Below, piece by piece: positions 1-10,197 of a DNA stretch of 64,000 nt. Source of the stretch: Bdellovibrio sp. (GTDB lineage Bacteria > Bdellovibrionota > Bdellovibrionia > Bdellovibrionales > Bdellovibrionaceae); assembly GCA_036676395.1 (NCBI GenBank), contig JAKFCY010000002.1:2560001-2624000 (forward strand), written 5' to 3'. Position 1 is the stretch's first letter, and each line of letters starts with the position of its first letter. The position numbers and the translations under genes are program-made. The notes beneath the pieces are model-generated. The model saw only the letters and a list, made by a program, of their open reading frames with translations, was not told the origin of the DNA and did not search any database.

Positions 1-960
1 TGCACGTAAGCCCAGATCAAGCACGTTGTTATAATTATAATGAGCACCAACATGCGCATTGTAATAAAGCATGTCTACAGATTCTTCTTTTTTACCTAAA
101 GCAAAACTTGTTCTAAATTCGCCGCCGAATTTAAAGAAATTCATGTATTTCGGGCTTAACACAGAATACTTAAACGAATACTTACTGTCTTCACTAACGA
201 CAGGATCTGCCGTGTAACTTAAATCTAATTTTCCAAGATAAATAGCTTGTTGTAATTCGCTGGAATTTTTTTGGATGGTTTTATCCATCGCTTCTTTTTT
301 GGCTAAATCGATATTTTTTGGTGTAATTAATTCTAAAACAAATTGTTGATCGCCGTTTCTTAGCGAGATCGTACCAATTGCTCCACCTTTTGGCGATGTG
401 GCTGGTAAGTTATAACTTCTCCATGGTTCACCTTTACCGGCCACTTCAAATAATGTTGAATCCATCCATTCGACTTGGGCTGGGGCACTTAAAGTAATAT
501 TTAAAACTTTTTGCGAGTTATCACAAGAAACTGCTAGCGGAAAACTCAACGGTATTTTTGGATCTTGTAATTGCACACGCGCCGAATTTTTTGCACAACG
601 CTCAACCACAATTCGTGATTTTGCAAGTGGTGTCCACTCGGCCGTGATTTTTTTCTCGACACCTGATTGGGTGGTGTACGTTAAAGTATCAACGCCGCTT
701 TGAATGTACCAAATTGTTTTATCAGCAACAGGAGCCGTAACCCCGTTTTCGGTAATGAGTTCTGTATCTGTTTTAGCATCAGGAATAACAACACTCACAC
801 CATATTGGCGAAAGCCTTCTGGGTTAGTGAAAAATCCTTCTTTCGCAGGCCATGCGACAACCTGACCTTTTTCATCGGTCATTTTAACTTGCGCATAAAC
901 TTGTGATGATAGACTCATCATAGTAAATAGTACTCCTGCAAAAAATCTCTTTATCGTCAT
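1..960 (-). CDS. Secreted/outer-membrane protein, 3' end outside the window (not in ORF track)
   Basis: Manual translation from ATG at 960, which overlaps the upstream stop as ATGA: MTIKRFFAGVLFTMMSLSSQVYAQVKMTDEKGQ..., with a Sec signal ending VYA. The frame appears open to base 1. The last residues (KFGGEFRTSFALG...YYNAHVGAHYNY) resemble beta-barrel strands. Confidence 0.75.
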   Translation of the reverse strand, partial: MTIKRFFAGVLFTMMSLSSQVYAQVKMTDEKGQVVAWPAKEGFFTNPEGFRQYGVSVVIPDAKTDTELITENGVTAPVADKTIWYIQSGVDTLTYTTQSGVEKKITAEWTPLAKSRIVVERCAKNSARVQLQDPKIPLSFPLAVSCDNSQKVLNITLSAPAQVEWMDSTLFEVAGKGEPWRSYNLPATSPKGGAIGTISLRNGDQQFVLELITPKNIDLAKKEAMDKTIQKNSSELQQAIYLGKLDLSYTADPVVSEDSKYSFKYSVLSPKYMNFFKFGGEFRTSFALGKKEESVDMLYYNAHVGAHYNYNNVLDLGLRA

Positions 961-3900
961 GGACATATTCCTGTTGTCGTCACACAGTACTTACCTACAC
1001 CCGACAAACCATTTTGTCTGGTTGGAAAATACACTTGCTGCTTATTATAATCCCAAGAAATTGAATTTCCGTCACATGTAAAAAACTTTTTACCTGTACT
1101 ACTGGTCGGTAGTGGCAAGTTTGTTTCTACTCCGGTAGTTAAATTCTTTTTGTTTAATGTACCATCAGTTGCACAGTAATAGACTTCGTACTGGCTTGAT
1201 GCGTTTTTCTTATATGTAAACGAACGAATTCCTTTTGCCGTTGTGGCAAAAACCGAAGACATCCCCGCACCGATAATCATATCTGAACCGTCACGCGATA
1301 GGGCTGCTTTAATAATTTTTGCGTATCCTGGATTTGCCATCAACACAGCTCGCTCTTCTTTCAAATAAATCGAAGACGTTGTTTGGTGACCCCAGTTAGG
1401 CATATAGATGCTATCACTGATATCTACATTTTCTTCAAAAATTGGATGTCCTTGACAAGTCGGATTGGTAGCTGCACCCATAAATTTACGAACTGTACCA
1501 CTTGTTGATTTAAATATTTTTGCATGTTGATCGACATGACATGCCCCATTCCAACGTTGCGTCCAGGCTATCAAATAAGCCTCACTAGTTCCATTTTCGA
1601 CAGCGTAAGTTCCAATTGTACTTCCGTCCGGAACCATGATCCCGTGAAGAACTAAAGGATAACCATTCATTGAAATGTTTCGGCCTTCGACACCATTAGC
1701 AGCAGCACTTAAAAAAGCGGTTCCGCCAGCACCAAGTACCAGTTTCCATTTACCGGCTTTACCTGTAGCTACGTCTCTTTCATATTTAACAACAATTCCA
1801 TTACGAGTCAGTGACGCATAGAATGTTCCGTCGCGCGGATCAACTTGTACACCTTGAATACCGCCCCAGAATTCGTTGGCAAATGACGATGCGGATGCAG
1901 CATTGGTTGAATAACGATTGACCGACGGAGCTTCAAAAGAAACGCCTTCATCCGTGTAATTACCAGCTAAGCGTGAGATTACGCCAGCATCACCTTGCGT
2001 AATTTCACGCACATTAAATTCTTTATTATCGGCAGCAACAACAGTGTCACTGGCTCCCCAAACACCTAAATAGTTTACACCATTCATTCGCGCAGCTAAT
2101 GGCGAAGCGCCATCACCGGCAGATTTTCTTTCACCAAACAGAGTTTTTAATTTACCATCTGGTAAAATTACGCGGATTTGTCCGGCATCATTAAAATAAA
2201 CTGTATTGGTTGCATCAACAAACGCATCGATACCTGAAATATTACATGAGGCTGCGGTGCCACCATCGGCACAATAACCTTGGGTTTGCCCGCCGACCAC
2301 TGTGTTCCACTGGTTTGTCGCTACATTGTATTTACCTAATTTAAACGGATAATGGGCACCTAACCAATAAACAGCGCCACGACGTGAAGCAAACATTTGC
2401 GTTTCCCAGTAAGCATAATTTGGTGCATGCGTTCCATAACCCACACTCACCCCATTACGCGCATTGAAATTAGCCACGTGATGACCACAACCGCCCGGTA
2501 CAGGAAAACAAATATATGATGTTAAAAACTCTGGTTGCGAAGTTCTGTAATTGAACGACAAGGCAATAGTGCGTACATAATCTGTCGTAAAGATATATTC
2601 TGGGTCGCCGTATTTACCTTTGCCAGATAGTTTCATAAAATAAACTTTATCTTCAGCCGCTTTATAGATACCCATCGTATAATCTACTACTCGCGCCGTC
2701 GGACTGCCCAGCGTAAACCAAATATTTCCGTTCGGTAATACCTGGAATAAGGTGTACATGTTCATTGAAGTTGAAAATTTTAAACTTTTTGCAAGAACGG
2801 CTTTGGTGTATGTCGTAACAGTACCGCCACCAATAATCGTGTTGATCGTACCGTCAGCTTCAACGCGACGAATGCGGTCGCCGTCAAAAATTAACAGACG
2901 ATCTTTGTAATCAACGGTGATTTTTCCGTTACCGATCGTTGTTGCTGAGGTTGCTTGGCCGCCATCGCCAGTTTTAGCGCTGCCTTTGGCTACGAAAACT
3001 TTTTGCACGCCATCGACCGGATCTACTAATAAGACTCCGCGTGTGGCATCCATGAAATAAACTTTACCTTTTGACGTTACCGCTAAAGTACCAAAATCAC
3101 CCGGAACGTCAGCTGCACGAACGACTGATAAGAAAATCGCTTTATTTGCCGAGCCGTTAATACCTAAATCAGTATTACCCGCAACAATTGAAAACTTTTC
3201 TGTATTCAATGCCGGTGTGGCACTTAATGAAACTAAACCCGATTGATCTTTTACTTTGATCTGAATTTTAAAATATTTATCTGTTGGCGCAGGAATACGG
3301 CGACAGCCGGTGAAGTTACCATCAATGGTACATCCCACTGGCGTATTCGTGATATCTTGCATATTCGGAACTTCAATGAAGGTTTCTTCATCTAATGTAT
3401 AATATAAACTAATTGGGGCTGTTAATAAGTCTGAATCTGTGACTTTCCAACGAATAAATAAATCTTGGTTCTGCACAAACGTTGTTTGCTCTTTTGTCGG
3501 AGATAAAGATGATGAATCATTCGTTGAACCGATCATATTTGTAATTGTTGGAGCTACCGCTGGGTTGTACGCGATTGTAACCTGGTCAACATTTTCAGCG
3601 CCTGATCCAGCTGTTAAACCCGAAATGTTTCCGGCAAAATCCATCGCCCAAACACTGATTTTATAAGTGTTTTGCACGAAGCCGACGAAGGTAGAAATAT
3701 CTGTTTTGATTAATGACTTGGCAGCCGTATCTTCTAAATCCTGCCAGCAGGTATCATCTGCATTGGGCGCGATAAGATCAAAAGCTTTTACGCAAACAAA
3801 TTTAATAACCGTGGTTGTATCAGAAGCAGCAATTCGAGTTTCAAAGAAACTGCGATTCACTACTTTAGCTACCGTTGGGTCACTAACACTGCCAACACTG

Positions 3901-4463
3901 ACAACGCCAAGGGCGCCGGCAGTTAAACCGAAAAAATTAATCGTAGGAGCCGTGCCATCAACAGTGAAAGTGCGTGATGACTGGGTCGCGATTGTTTTAT
4001 TAGCGGCATTTGTTGCTGTCGCTCTGATTAAATATCCGATGCCATCTGGTTGAAATGCAGGGGCTACGGCCCAGTCAAATGAACTTTCTGCACCGGCAAC
4101 ACTTGGTAAAGCGCCAGCACCAGTGATCGTTGTCCATGTTGTTCCGCTGTTTGTTGAAAATTCTAATTTTACTGTGTAAAGCCCCGGATCCACTGCACCA
4201 TCGGCTTCAGAAGTTCCTGATACAATTTGATATTTAATTTTATGAGTCATGTCTGATTTGTAATATGGCCAAGTCGTGTCACGGTCACCATCGGTGAACG
4301 TCACCAGATTTAGCCCTGGAACTAAAATTTTTGCCGGATCCCATTCGTCAAAATCAGAGTCTCCCACAGGAGCTTCTGCTGACTGAATCATAGGATCAGT
4401 AATTTCAGCCTGACAGCTGAACAAAGTAGATAATAAAAAGCAGATCAATAAAATCTTTTTCAT
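957..4463 (-). CDS. Large lipoprotein with Ig-like N-terminal part and NHL/teneurin-like beta-propeller repeats
   Basis: Start refined to ATG 4463 (SD GGAAGGT; MKKILLICFLLSTLFSC lipobox). Motifs GDGGQATSA, RIRRVEADGTINTIIGGG and GDGASPLAARMN are typical of NHL-repeat proteins. Confidence 0.75.
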   Translation of the reverse strand: MKKILLICFLLSTLFSCQAEITDPMIQSAEAPVGDSDFDEWDPAKILVPGLNLVTFTDGDRDTTWPYYKSDMTHKIKYQIVSGTSEADGAVDPGLYTVKLEFSTNSGTTWTTITGAGALPSVAGAESSFDWAVAPAFQPDGIGYLIRATATNAANKTIATQSSRTFTVDGTAPTINFFGLTAGALGVVSVGSVSDPTVAKVVNRSFFETRIAASDTTTVIKFVCVKAFDLIAPNADDTCWQDLEDTAAKSLIKTDISTFVGFVQNTYKISVWAMDFAGNISGLTAGSGAENVDQVTIAYNPAVAPTITNMIGSTNDSSSLSPTKEQTTFVQNQDLFIRWKVTDSDLLTAPISLYYTLDEETFIEVPNMQDITNTPVGCTIDGNFTGCRRIPAPTDKYFKIQIKVKDQSGLVSLSATPALNTEKFSIVAGNTDLGINGSANKAIFLSVVRAADVPGDFGTLAVTSKGKVYFMDATRGVLLVDPVDGVQKVFVAKGSAKTGDGGQATSATTIGNGKITVDYKDRLLIFDGDRIRRVEADGTINTIIGGGTVTTYTKAVLAKSLKFSTSMNMYTLFQVLPNGNIWFTLGSPTARVVDYTMGIYKAAEDKVYFMKLSGKGKYGDPEYIFTTDYVRTIALSFNYRTSQPEFLTSYICFPVPGGCGHHVANFNARNGVSVGYGTHAPNYAYWETQMFASRRGAVYWLGAHYPFKLGKYNVATNQWNTVVGGQTQGYCADGGTAASCNISGIDAFVDATNTVYFNDAGQIRVILPDGKLKTLFGERKSAGDGASPLAARMNGVNYLGVWGASDTVVAADNKEFNVREITQGDAGVISRLAGNYTDEGVSFEAPSVNRYSTNAASASSFANEFWGGIQGVQVDPRDGTFYASLTRNGIVVKYERDVATGKAGKWKLVLGAGGTAFLSAAANGVEGRNISMNGYPLVLHGIMVPDGSTIGTYAVENGTSEAYLIAWTQRWNGACHVDQHAKIFKSTSGTVRKFMGAATNPTCQGHPIFEENVDISDSIYMPNWGHQTTSSIYLKEERAVLMANPGYAKIIKAALSRDGSDMIIGAGMSSVFATTAKGIRSFTYKKNASSQYEVYYCATDGTLNKKNLTTGVETNLPLPTSSTGKKFFTCDGNSISWDYNKQQVYFPTRQNGLSGVGKYCVTTTGICP

Positions 4464-4465
4464 AA

Positions 4466-6283
4466 TTACCTTCCTATACACCTAACTGCGTAACTAAAAC
4501 TGCGTTCATCTTTGCTGCGCGTGCCAGTTGTCGGATCAAATAGCCAAGCTTTTAATCTATCTGTCGAATCAACGGTGGCTGTCCACTCTTGACCAGAGGT
4601 ATTTGCATTAAGTGCATCAGGCATTACAAAACGAAGACCATCATGGTTTGCCACCATGTAATCGTAAATCGATGGCAGACGCCATTTAGCTTTCGGAGTA
4701 GTTGTTCTATCAAGACCGGCTTTACCGGCATTATCGATATCTGTATCTGTCGATGAAAAACCTATGGCATCTTCACAGGCACTGATTGGACTGGCTGATT
4801 GAATTTGATAGAATGAATTATCACAAATATCATTTGGATCATCTTCATTGTAGTTTCCGGCCACAATATTTGATTCTACTGAATTTGAACTTCCAGAAGC
4901 TTTACACCAGTTTATTCCTGCTGAAACAACACTGCTCCACATTAAACCTGTTGATTGATCTTGCCAAACTTCGCGGCCTTTACCAGCAGAGACATCTCCG
5001 GTACGAGTCACCAATTTCCATTGGCCTTCGCCGTTGTGGCCCTTTGAGGCTCCATCCCATGTTGCGTTCGCACCGAAAACAGTTGCGCAATCTGCGATTC
5101 TTAATCCGATTGAAGCTTGCGCTGTTCCGCAAGTTGTTGCGGCCCAGCCCGTGCGATCAACTAACGTCACTTGTGTCGTTAAGTTATAAGCATCATCACT
5201 TGAAGCAATTCGTGGAACCGGATGATAATAAGAAGGAAGCACCGTGGCCGAGGCTGCTGAATATGTTGTTGTTTCAGAAACATAAGTTAAAACATTAACC
5301 GTGGTTGAAGTCGTGCGCGACATTCCCGAACCCCACTCTGTTAATACACCCGTGAATGAGCCGGCAACTCCAAAAATAGTTTCACTCACGCGGATATTGC
5401 CCGCGATTAAATTTGCATCGACAACATTTTTATTGGCCGCAAACCAACAACTACCCACATTATTTGAAGTACAAAGGGTATTACGACCACCATATTCAGT
5501 TGTATAAACATATTTTGGCGGCGAAATCACGCATGATCCGCCATTGTAACCATCAGCACAGGCAATCGCACTGCGAACATAGGTATTCGGTTGATTTGTC
5601 CAACAAGGAGCCGCGTTCGGTACGTTTAAGGTACAATTTAATGAACGCCCGCCGTACTCAGAGTTATACCAGTAATTGCTGGCTGCAACCACGCAGGCCG
5701 TACTAATAATACCTTCAGCTGTACAATTAGCGATCGTTACAGAATCAGAAATAATATATCTGCCAGTGATTGGTAACCAACAAGGCGCCGTCAATTCAAC
5801 GTCTTCAACGCAAATATTACTGCGTCCGCCGTACTCTTCATCATAAACGAAATTACCGGTTTCAGCCTTACATGAAGCGCCGATTAAACCTTCGCTATCA
5901 ACAACACCTGGTGCTGTACATAATGGAAAAGATGAACCGGTTTGATCACCGGTCACGCCAAAAATAGTCGTGCCGCTTTGGATATTTGAAGATTGCAGAT
6001 CAGTATCAACTACAGTAGCAGTTCGGCCATCATACCAACCAACCGGCAGAGCACGTGTTAAAGAACCATCTGCAGTCGTTAAATTTGTACCTTCAGTTGT
6101 ACGCCCACCGTATTCAGCGTTATAAACATATTTACTAGCCATTACTACGCAAGGTTCAGTCGTGGTGATAACGCCTTCATCACACTCAGTCAGATCTAAA
6201 AGAGATGATTCATCGATTTCGAATTTCGAACATCCCAACGAGAACATAAACATTGTAAGTAAAAGTAATATATATATTTTCAT
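4466..6283 (-). CDS. Cys-rich lipoprotein with four YxYxxxYGGR repeats and a C-terminal DUF1566 (Lcl/C-lectin-like) domain
   Basis: Start refined to ATG 6283 (MKIYILL...SLGC lipobox). VWQDQSTGLMW, WRLPS, EWTAT, AWLFD and VRCIGR are DUF1566 hallmarks. Confidence 0.75.
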   Translation of the reverse strand: MKIYILLLLTMFMFSLGCSKFEIDESSLLDLTECDEGVITTTEPCVVMASKYVYNAEYGGRTTEGTNLTTADGSLTRALPVGWYDGRTATVVDTDLQSSNIQSGTTIFGVTGDQTGSSFPLCTAPGVVDSEGLIGASCKAETGNFVYDEEYGGRSNICVEDVELTAPCWLPITGRYIISDSVTIANCTAEGIISTACVVAASNYWYNSEYGGRSLNCTLNVPNAAPCWTNQPNTYVRSAIACADGYNGGSCVISPPKYVYTTEYGGRNTLCTSNNVGSCWFAANKNVVDANLIAGNIRVSETIFGVAGSFTGVLTEWGSGMSRTTSTTVNVLTYVSETTTYSAASATVLPSYYHPVPRIASSDDAYNLTTQVTLVDRTGWAATTCGTAQASIGLRIADCATVFGANATWDGASKGHNGEGQWKLVTRTGDVSAGKGREVWQDQSTGLMWSSVVSAGINWCKASGSSNSVESNIVAGNYNEDDPNDICDNSFYQIQSASPISACEDAIGFSSTDTDIDNAGKAGLDRTTTPKAKWRLPSIYDYMVANHDGLRFVMPDALNANTSGQEWTATVDSTDRLKAWLFDPTTGTRSKDERSFSYAVRCIGR

Positions 6284-6284
6284 A

Positions 6285-8195
6285 TTACCTTCCCACACAT
6301 CTAAAAGCTGAAGTTAAAGTTCGCGCTTTTGTCGAATGCACACCTTGTGCTCCGTTATATATCCATGCGCGTGACCGGATTGAAGAAGATAATGTCGCTG
6401 TCCATTCATCAAGATTTCCGTTAACACCAATATCAGGTAAAACAAAACGTAATCCGTTCGCGTCTGCAACTTCGTAATCATATAATGATGGTAAACGCCA
6501 AGCCACCTGAGGAGCTGTCGGCGAACCCGCAAGATCCATTGCGACCTTGCCTAGAATATCAATTGAAGCATCTGTTGTTGTAAAACCAGCCGCTTCAAAG
6601 CAACCGCTGATCGCTGTTGTCTGATTTTGATAGGTTCCTGAATCGCAAATACTTGAAACATCAGCTTCTTTAATTGATGCCGATACATTTGTTGCGTTAC
6701 TGCTGCCCGAAGCTTTACACCAGTTGGTAGCAGTTCCGATCACTGAACTCCACAATAAACCCGTGCGCTCATCACGCCAAACTTCGCGGCCTTTACTTCC
6801 TGATTTTGCGCCAGAACGGCTGACTAATTGCCAAATTCCTTGTGAAGCATTACCACTTGAAGCCCCGTTCCAGCGGGCATTCGCTCCGAATACAGTACTG
6901 CAATCTGTAATGCGTTCTAAAACTGTATCGTCAGTTGTTCCGCAAGAAGTTGTTCCCCAACCGGTGCGGTCAACAGCCTCTAAATTTAAATTTGAAGTAT
7001 CAAAACCATCATCATCATACGCAATTTTTGGAACCGTACGATAACCTGAAGGTAAATTCGGCAATGAACCATTACCTGCATATTGACCAGCTTCTGCAGC
7101 CGAACCAATTTGCGGAGTATCAATATTACGATGAGCCCCAGAACCCCAGTCACCATTACCAGAGAATGTTCCGGTAATACCGAAGATCGTAATATTATTA
7201 CGAATATTATCTGACTCTAAATTAGGTTCTAAAATTTGTTTTGTACTCGCCGTCACAAAACACGATCCATTAACATCATTGGTACAATTTGCGGCGCGGC
7301 CACCGTATTCGAAATCGTAAACATAACGGCCCGGCTGAGTATCACAGGCACCCGCATTTAATGCATTATCAGTACACGCATTGCTGCCGTCAGCTAATGA
7401 AACGATATAACCTGTTTGATCTAACCAACACGGGTTTGTATTAAGGCCGATTTGACATAATAACGAACGGCCACCAAAAGCTGTCGTGTATCTGTAAGTA
7501 GCCACATTACCACGACAAGCTGCACCTTGTTGCCCTTCGACAGCGCAATCTGCAGATGACCCAGAATCACTTGGTAAACTTGCGGTTACGCGAACACCCG
7601 TTGTATTCACGTAACAAACTTGCGTGTTTGTCGTCGCTTGATTGATGTTCGTACAATTGAATGAACGACCACCGTAAGCTGAAAGATAAAAATAATCGTC
7701 ACGCGCGGCCGAACAATCCACACCCAGTGGGGTGGCATCATTTGTTAAAATACATGCTGCTTCTGCAGTAGTTACCAGAGATCCATTAATGCCAAATACA
7801 TTAACTGCAGCCTTAATCAAAGCCGTATTACCACCAGAAATAACCGGATCAGAAAAAGTAACTAACCCGATGGCTCCATACCAACCAGTTGGTATCGCGA
7901 CATTACCGACACCACTTGGTGCTATAACATTATTTGAAGACGCATCAAAACGACCGCCGTATTGAGCCGGGTACACATAGTGACCCGCAGTGCGGTTAAT
8001 ACAAAGTTCAGTTGTGGCTGTCGCAGAATTTACAACCAGATCGCAATCAAGAGTTGTTTCTGCCTCAGAAAGTTCTTCTTCAGACGGAGCTTGTGAACAC
8101 GAAGTGCCCGCAACCAATAAAAGGCAGGTGGCAGAAATTTTTAACTTCTGCCAAAACGTTAATTTGAATGAAAGAGTGATTCTTTCGTTACTCAA
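6285..8195 (-). CDS. Paralogous Cys-rich YGGR-repeat DUF1566 lipoprotein
   Basis: Same architecture as its neighbour: LVAGTSC lipobox-like, four Y/FGGR repeats, VWRDERTGLLW, WRLPS, FRCVGR. TTG start overlaps the motB-like stop. Confidence 0.75.
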   Translation of the reverse strand: MSNERITLSFKLTFWQKLKISATCLLLVAGTSCSQAPSEEELSEAETTLDCDLVVNSATATTELCINRTAGHYVYPAQYGGRFDASSNNVIAPSGVGNVAIPTGWYGAIGLVTFSDPVISGGNTALIKAAVNVFGINGSLVTTAEAACILTNDATPLGVDCSAARDDYFYLSAYGGRSFNCTNINQATTNTQVCYVNTTGVRVTASLPSDSGSSADCAVEGQQGAACRGNVATYRYTTAFGGRSLLCQIGLNTNPCWLDQTGYIVSLADGSNACTDNALNAGACDTQPGRYVYDFEYGGRAANCTNDVNGSCFVTASTKQILEPNLESDNIRNNITIFGITGTFSGNGDWGSGAHRNIDTPQIGSAAEAGQYAGNGSLPNLPSGYRTVPKIAYDDDGFDTSNLNLEAVDRTGWGTTSCGTTDDTVLERITDCSTVFGANARWNGASSGNASQGIWQLVSRSGAKSGSKGREVWRDERTGLLWSSVIGTATNWCKASGSSNATNVSASIKEADVSSICDSGTYQNQTTAISGCFEAAGFTTTDASIDILGKVAMDLAGSPTAPQVAWRLPSLYDYEVADANGLRFVLPDIGVNGNLDEWTATLSSSIRSRAWIYNGAQGVHSTKARTLTSAFRCVGR

Positions 8196-9309
8196 GTGTA
8201 ATTTTACCCTTTTCGTCGACTTTAATACGGACTTCTTTTGTTTTGTCTGTTTTTGATAAAGTAATCATCGGAAGCTTTAAGTTTTCAGTCACAGTAATAA
8301 CACTGGCTTGCACTTCTGCCGGAGCATCATTACCGTTTGTATTGTAGAGAGTAACTTTTACTTTGTATTGGCCAGGTTGTAATTTAGGTGTTTTCCACAT
8401 CTCTAAACCCGGGCCATAACGGCTATCAATTTCAAATTGACCGTCAACTCCACCGTAGCTTTTTTTCTTAAAATTGAATTTTTTGTTATTCACATCGATA
8501 ATTTCTAAATCGATGTCGTGTTTTTCAGAAGCCCACGTCGTGCTGATCATTAAAAAGTTATTTGGATTTTGTGTGATTTGATCTTTCGGGATCATATCCT
8601 TCATTTTTTCAACTAGGTCTTTTTGTTTTTGAATTGTTTTTTCTAATTCTTGTTTAATCTTTTGATTTTCAATCGTCACAGTCTGAACTTTTAGCGAAGT
8701 GTCATTCACAGAAGCTAACTGGCGCTTTTGTTCTTCAACTTCTTTAGTTTGCTGAGTCTGAACAGTTAACTGTTCTTGCATACGTTTTTGTAATTCGTCG
8801 ATTTTTTGTTCTAACTGTTTCTTTTCAGTTTCTGTAACCGTTAAATCTTTTTTAACTTCAACGATTTCCTGAGATTTTTGTAAATCTTTGGCTAACTGTT
8901 TGTTTTTTTCTAAAAGTTTTTCAACCATTTGATCCGGAGAAACTTCTTTAAGGTCAGTGGCACTAATCGCTCCGCCAAAAGCTTCTTCAGAGATTTTTTT
9001 CATTTGCTCTTCCATCTGACCTTTCGAGGTCGTAGAAGACATTGTGTATAACAACACGAACAGACCAAATAACAAGGTCATCATATCTGCATAACTTACT
9101 AACCAACCCATCTCAGTACCATGACCACCGCCACCGGCATGAGCATTACCCGCGCCGTGACCGCCGCCAAAGGCAGAATCAAAATGATCGTCTTGACCAT
9201 GATTTTCTACGGCATGTGGCTTGGGATCAAATTCGAAACCCGAAGCAGTGTCTGCTTCGGAAACGTTTTGATCTTCAATGGGTATAGAGTTGTTTTCGTC
9301 TTGATTCAT
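8188..9309 (-). CDS. MotB-like protein (MotB TM helix, coiled coil, YfaP/DUF2135-like C-terminal domain; no OmpA domain)
   Basis: WLVSYADMMTLLFGLFVLLY is the MotB transmembrane signature with the essential Asp. A long K/E/Q-rich coiled coil follows. The C-terminus (TWASEKHDIDLEIID...DSRYGPGLE) resembles DUF2135 rather than OmpA_C. Confidence 0.8.
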   Translation of the reverse strand: MNQDENNSIPIEDQNVSEADTASGFEFDPKPHAVENHGQDDHFDSAFGGGHGAGNAHAGGGGHGTEMGWLVSYADMMTLLFGLFVLLYTMSSTTSKGQMEEQMKKISEEAFGGAISATDLKEVSPDQMVEKLLEKNKQLAKDLQKSQEIVEVKKDLTVTETEKKQLEQKIDELQKRMQEQLTVQTQQTKEVEEQKRQLASVNDTSLKVQTVTIENQKIKQELEKTIQKQKDLVEKMKDMIPKDQITQNPNNFLMISTTWASEKHDIDLEIIDVNNKKFNFKKKSYGGVDGQFEIDSRYGPGLEMWKTPKLQPGQYKVKVTLYNTNGNDAPAEVQASVITVTENLKLPMITLSKTDKTKEVRIKVDEKGKITLE

Positions 9310-9311
9310 AA

Positions 9312-10151
9312 TTATGCTGCTTTATCCGCTTGGCCTTTTTTGCCTTTGTAAGCCGGAATCGCTCCGCCATTTTGTAATTGTTTAAATTTAGATTTAAGCG
9401 CGATACGTTGAGGTGCTGATAAACGAGAAACAACAGTTTCTGTTACAACCTTTTCAGGATGGCCGCGTTTAATTAAGATCACGGCTTCAACGATCATATT
9501 ACGAATATACATTTCATCTTCGGCAGCTTTAGTTGCAGAATCTGATAAAGGTAAAAAGATAAAGTTATTTAAGAAAATTCCCCAAAGAGTCGCGGTTAAG
9601 GCAACGGCCATGGCGCCACCGATAACTTCGATACCACCTTTACCAAGACTGACCATCATCTGAATCATACCAGAAGAAGCTCCTAGTAATCCTAAATGGG
9701 GAGGATACTTAGCGATGTTATTTAAAACTTTTGCATCTTCGAAGTATTTTCTAGAAACCGCATCACGGCGTGCATGTAAAATGTGAGTCACATCGGCCGC
9801 AGAGATATCAGCTTCATTTAAAATTCTAAAAGAATCATTTACAAAGGGGTGATTGCTAGAATTCTGATACCAAGAATTGTTATACCAATTTTTCACAGTC
9901 ACTAAAAGATCTTCAATCATGGCAACGTCTTTTTTAGTTTTCTTAAAAAAGAAACCGTTGTTCACGAAGTTCCAAACTTCTGAGATTTTTTCAAACGAGT
10001 ATGAAAAAAGTGTGATCGCGACTGTTCCGCCCATTACGAGAATAAGAGCATGCGGATTTAACAACATTGTCGGAGCACTTAAACCGTGAATAATACCAAA
10101 GTAAACGACGGTACAACACGCGATAAGGCCTATAAAAACAGATGAATTCAT
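9312..10151 (-). CDS. motA: MotA/TolQ/ExbB-family proton channel, MotA-like
   Basis: Start refined to ATG 10151 (SD GGGGAG). Motifs ALILVMGGT, YPPHLGLLGASSGMI and GGAMAVALTATLWGIFLNNFIFLPL match MotA TM segments. Confidence 0.85.
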   Translation of the reverse strand: MNSSVFIGLIACCTVVYFGIIHGLSAPTMLLNPHALILVMGGTVAITLFSYSFEKISEVWNFVNNGFFFKKTKKDVAMIEDLLVTVKNWYNNSWYQNSSNHPFVNDSFRILNEADISAADVTHILHARRDAVSRKYFEDAKVLNNIAKYPPHLGLLGASSGMIQMMVSLGKGGIEVIGGAMAVALTATLWGIFLNNFIFLPLSDSATKAAEDEMYIRNMIVEAVILIKRGHPEKVVTETVVSRLSAPQRIALKSKFKQLQNGGAIPAYKGKKGQADKAA

Positions 10152-10170
10152 GAGATTCTCCCCTATGTAC

Positions 10171-10197
10171 ATATCGGTTTTTTCTCAATTTAATAAA
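10171..10197 (-). promoter_or_regulatory. Possible sigma28 (FliA) promoter for the motA-like operon
   Basis: Minus strand reads TTTA-N15-ACCGATAT. The -10 box is good, the -35 box is weak. It lies about 20 nt upstream of the start codon. Confidence 0.4.

Noticed and set aside
4466..8195. DUF1566 C-termini as diversity-generating retroelement targets
   Set aside because: No reverse transcriptase and no template repeat differing only at adenines was seen in the window; the two C-termini differ at all base types.
8188..10151. Zorya (ZorA/ZorB) anti-phage system
   Set aside because: The MotA homologue lacks the long ZorA cytoplasmic tail, the MotB homologue lacks the OmpA domain, and no ZorC/D/E-like helicase or nuclease is adjacent.
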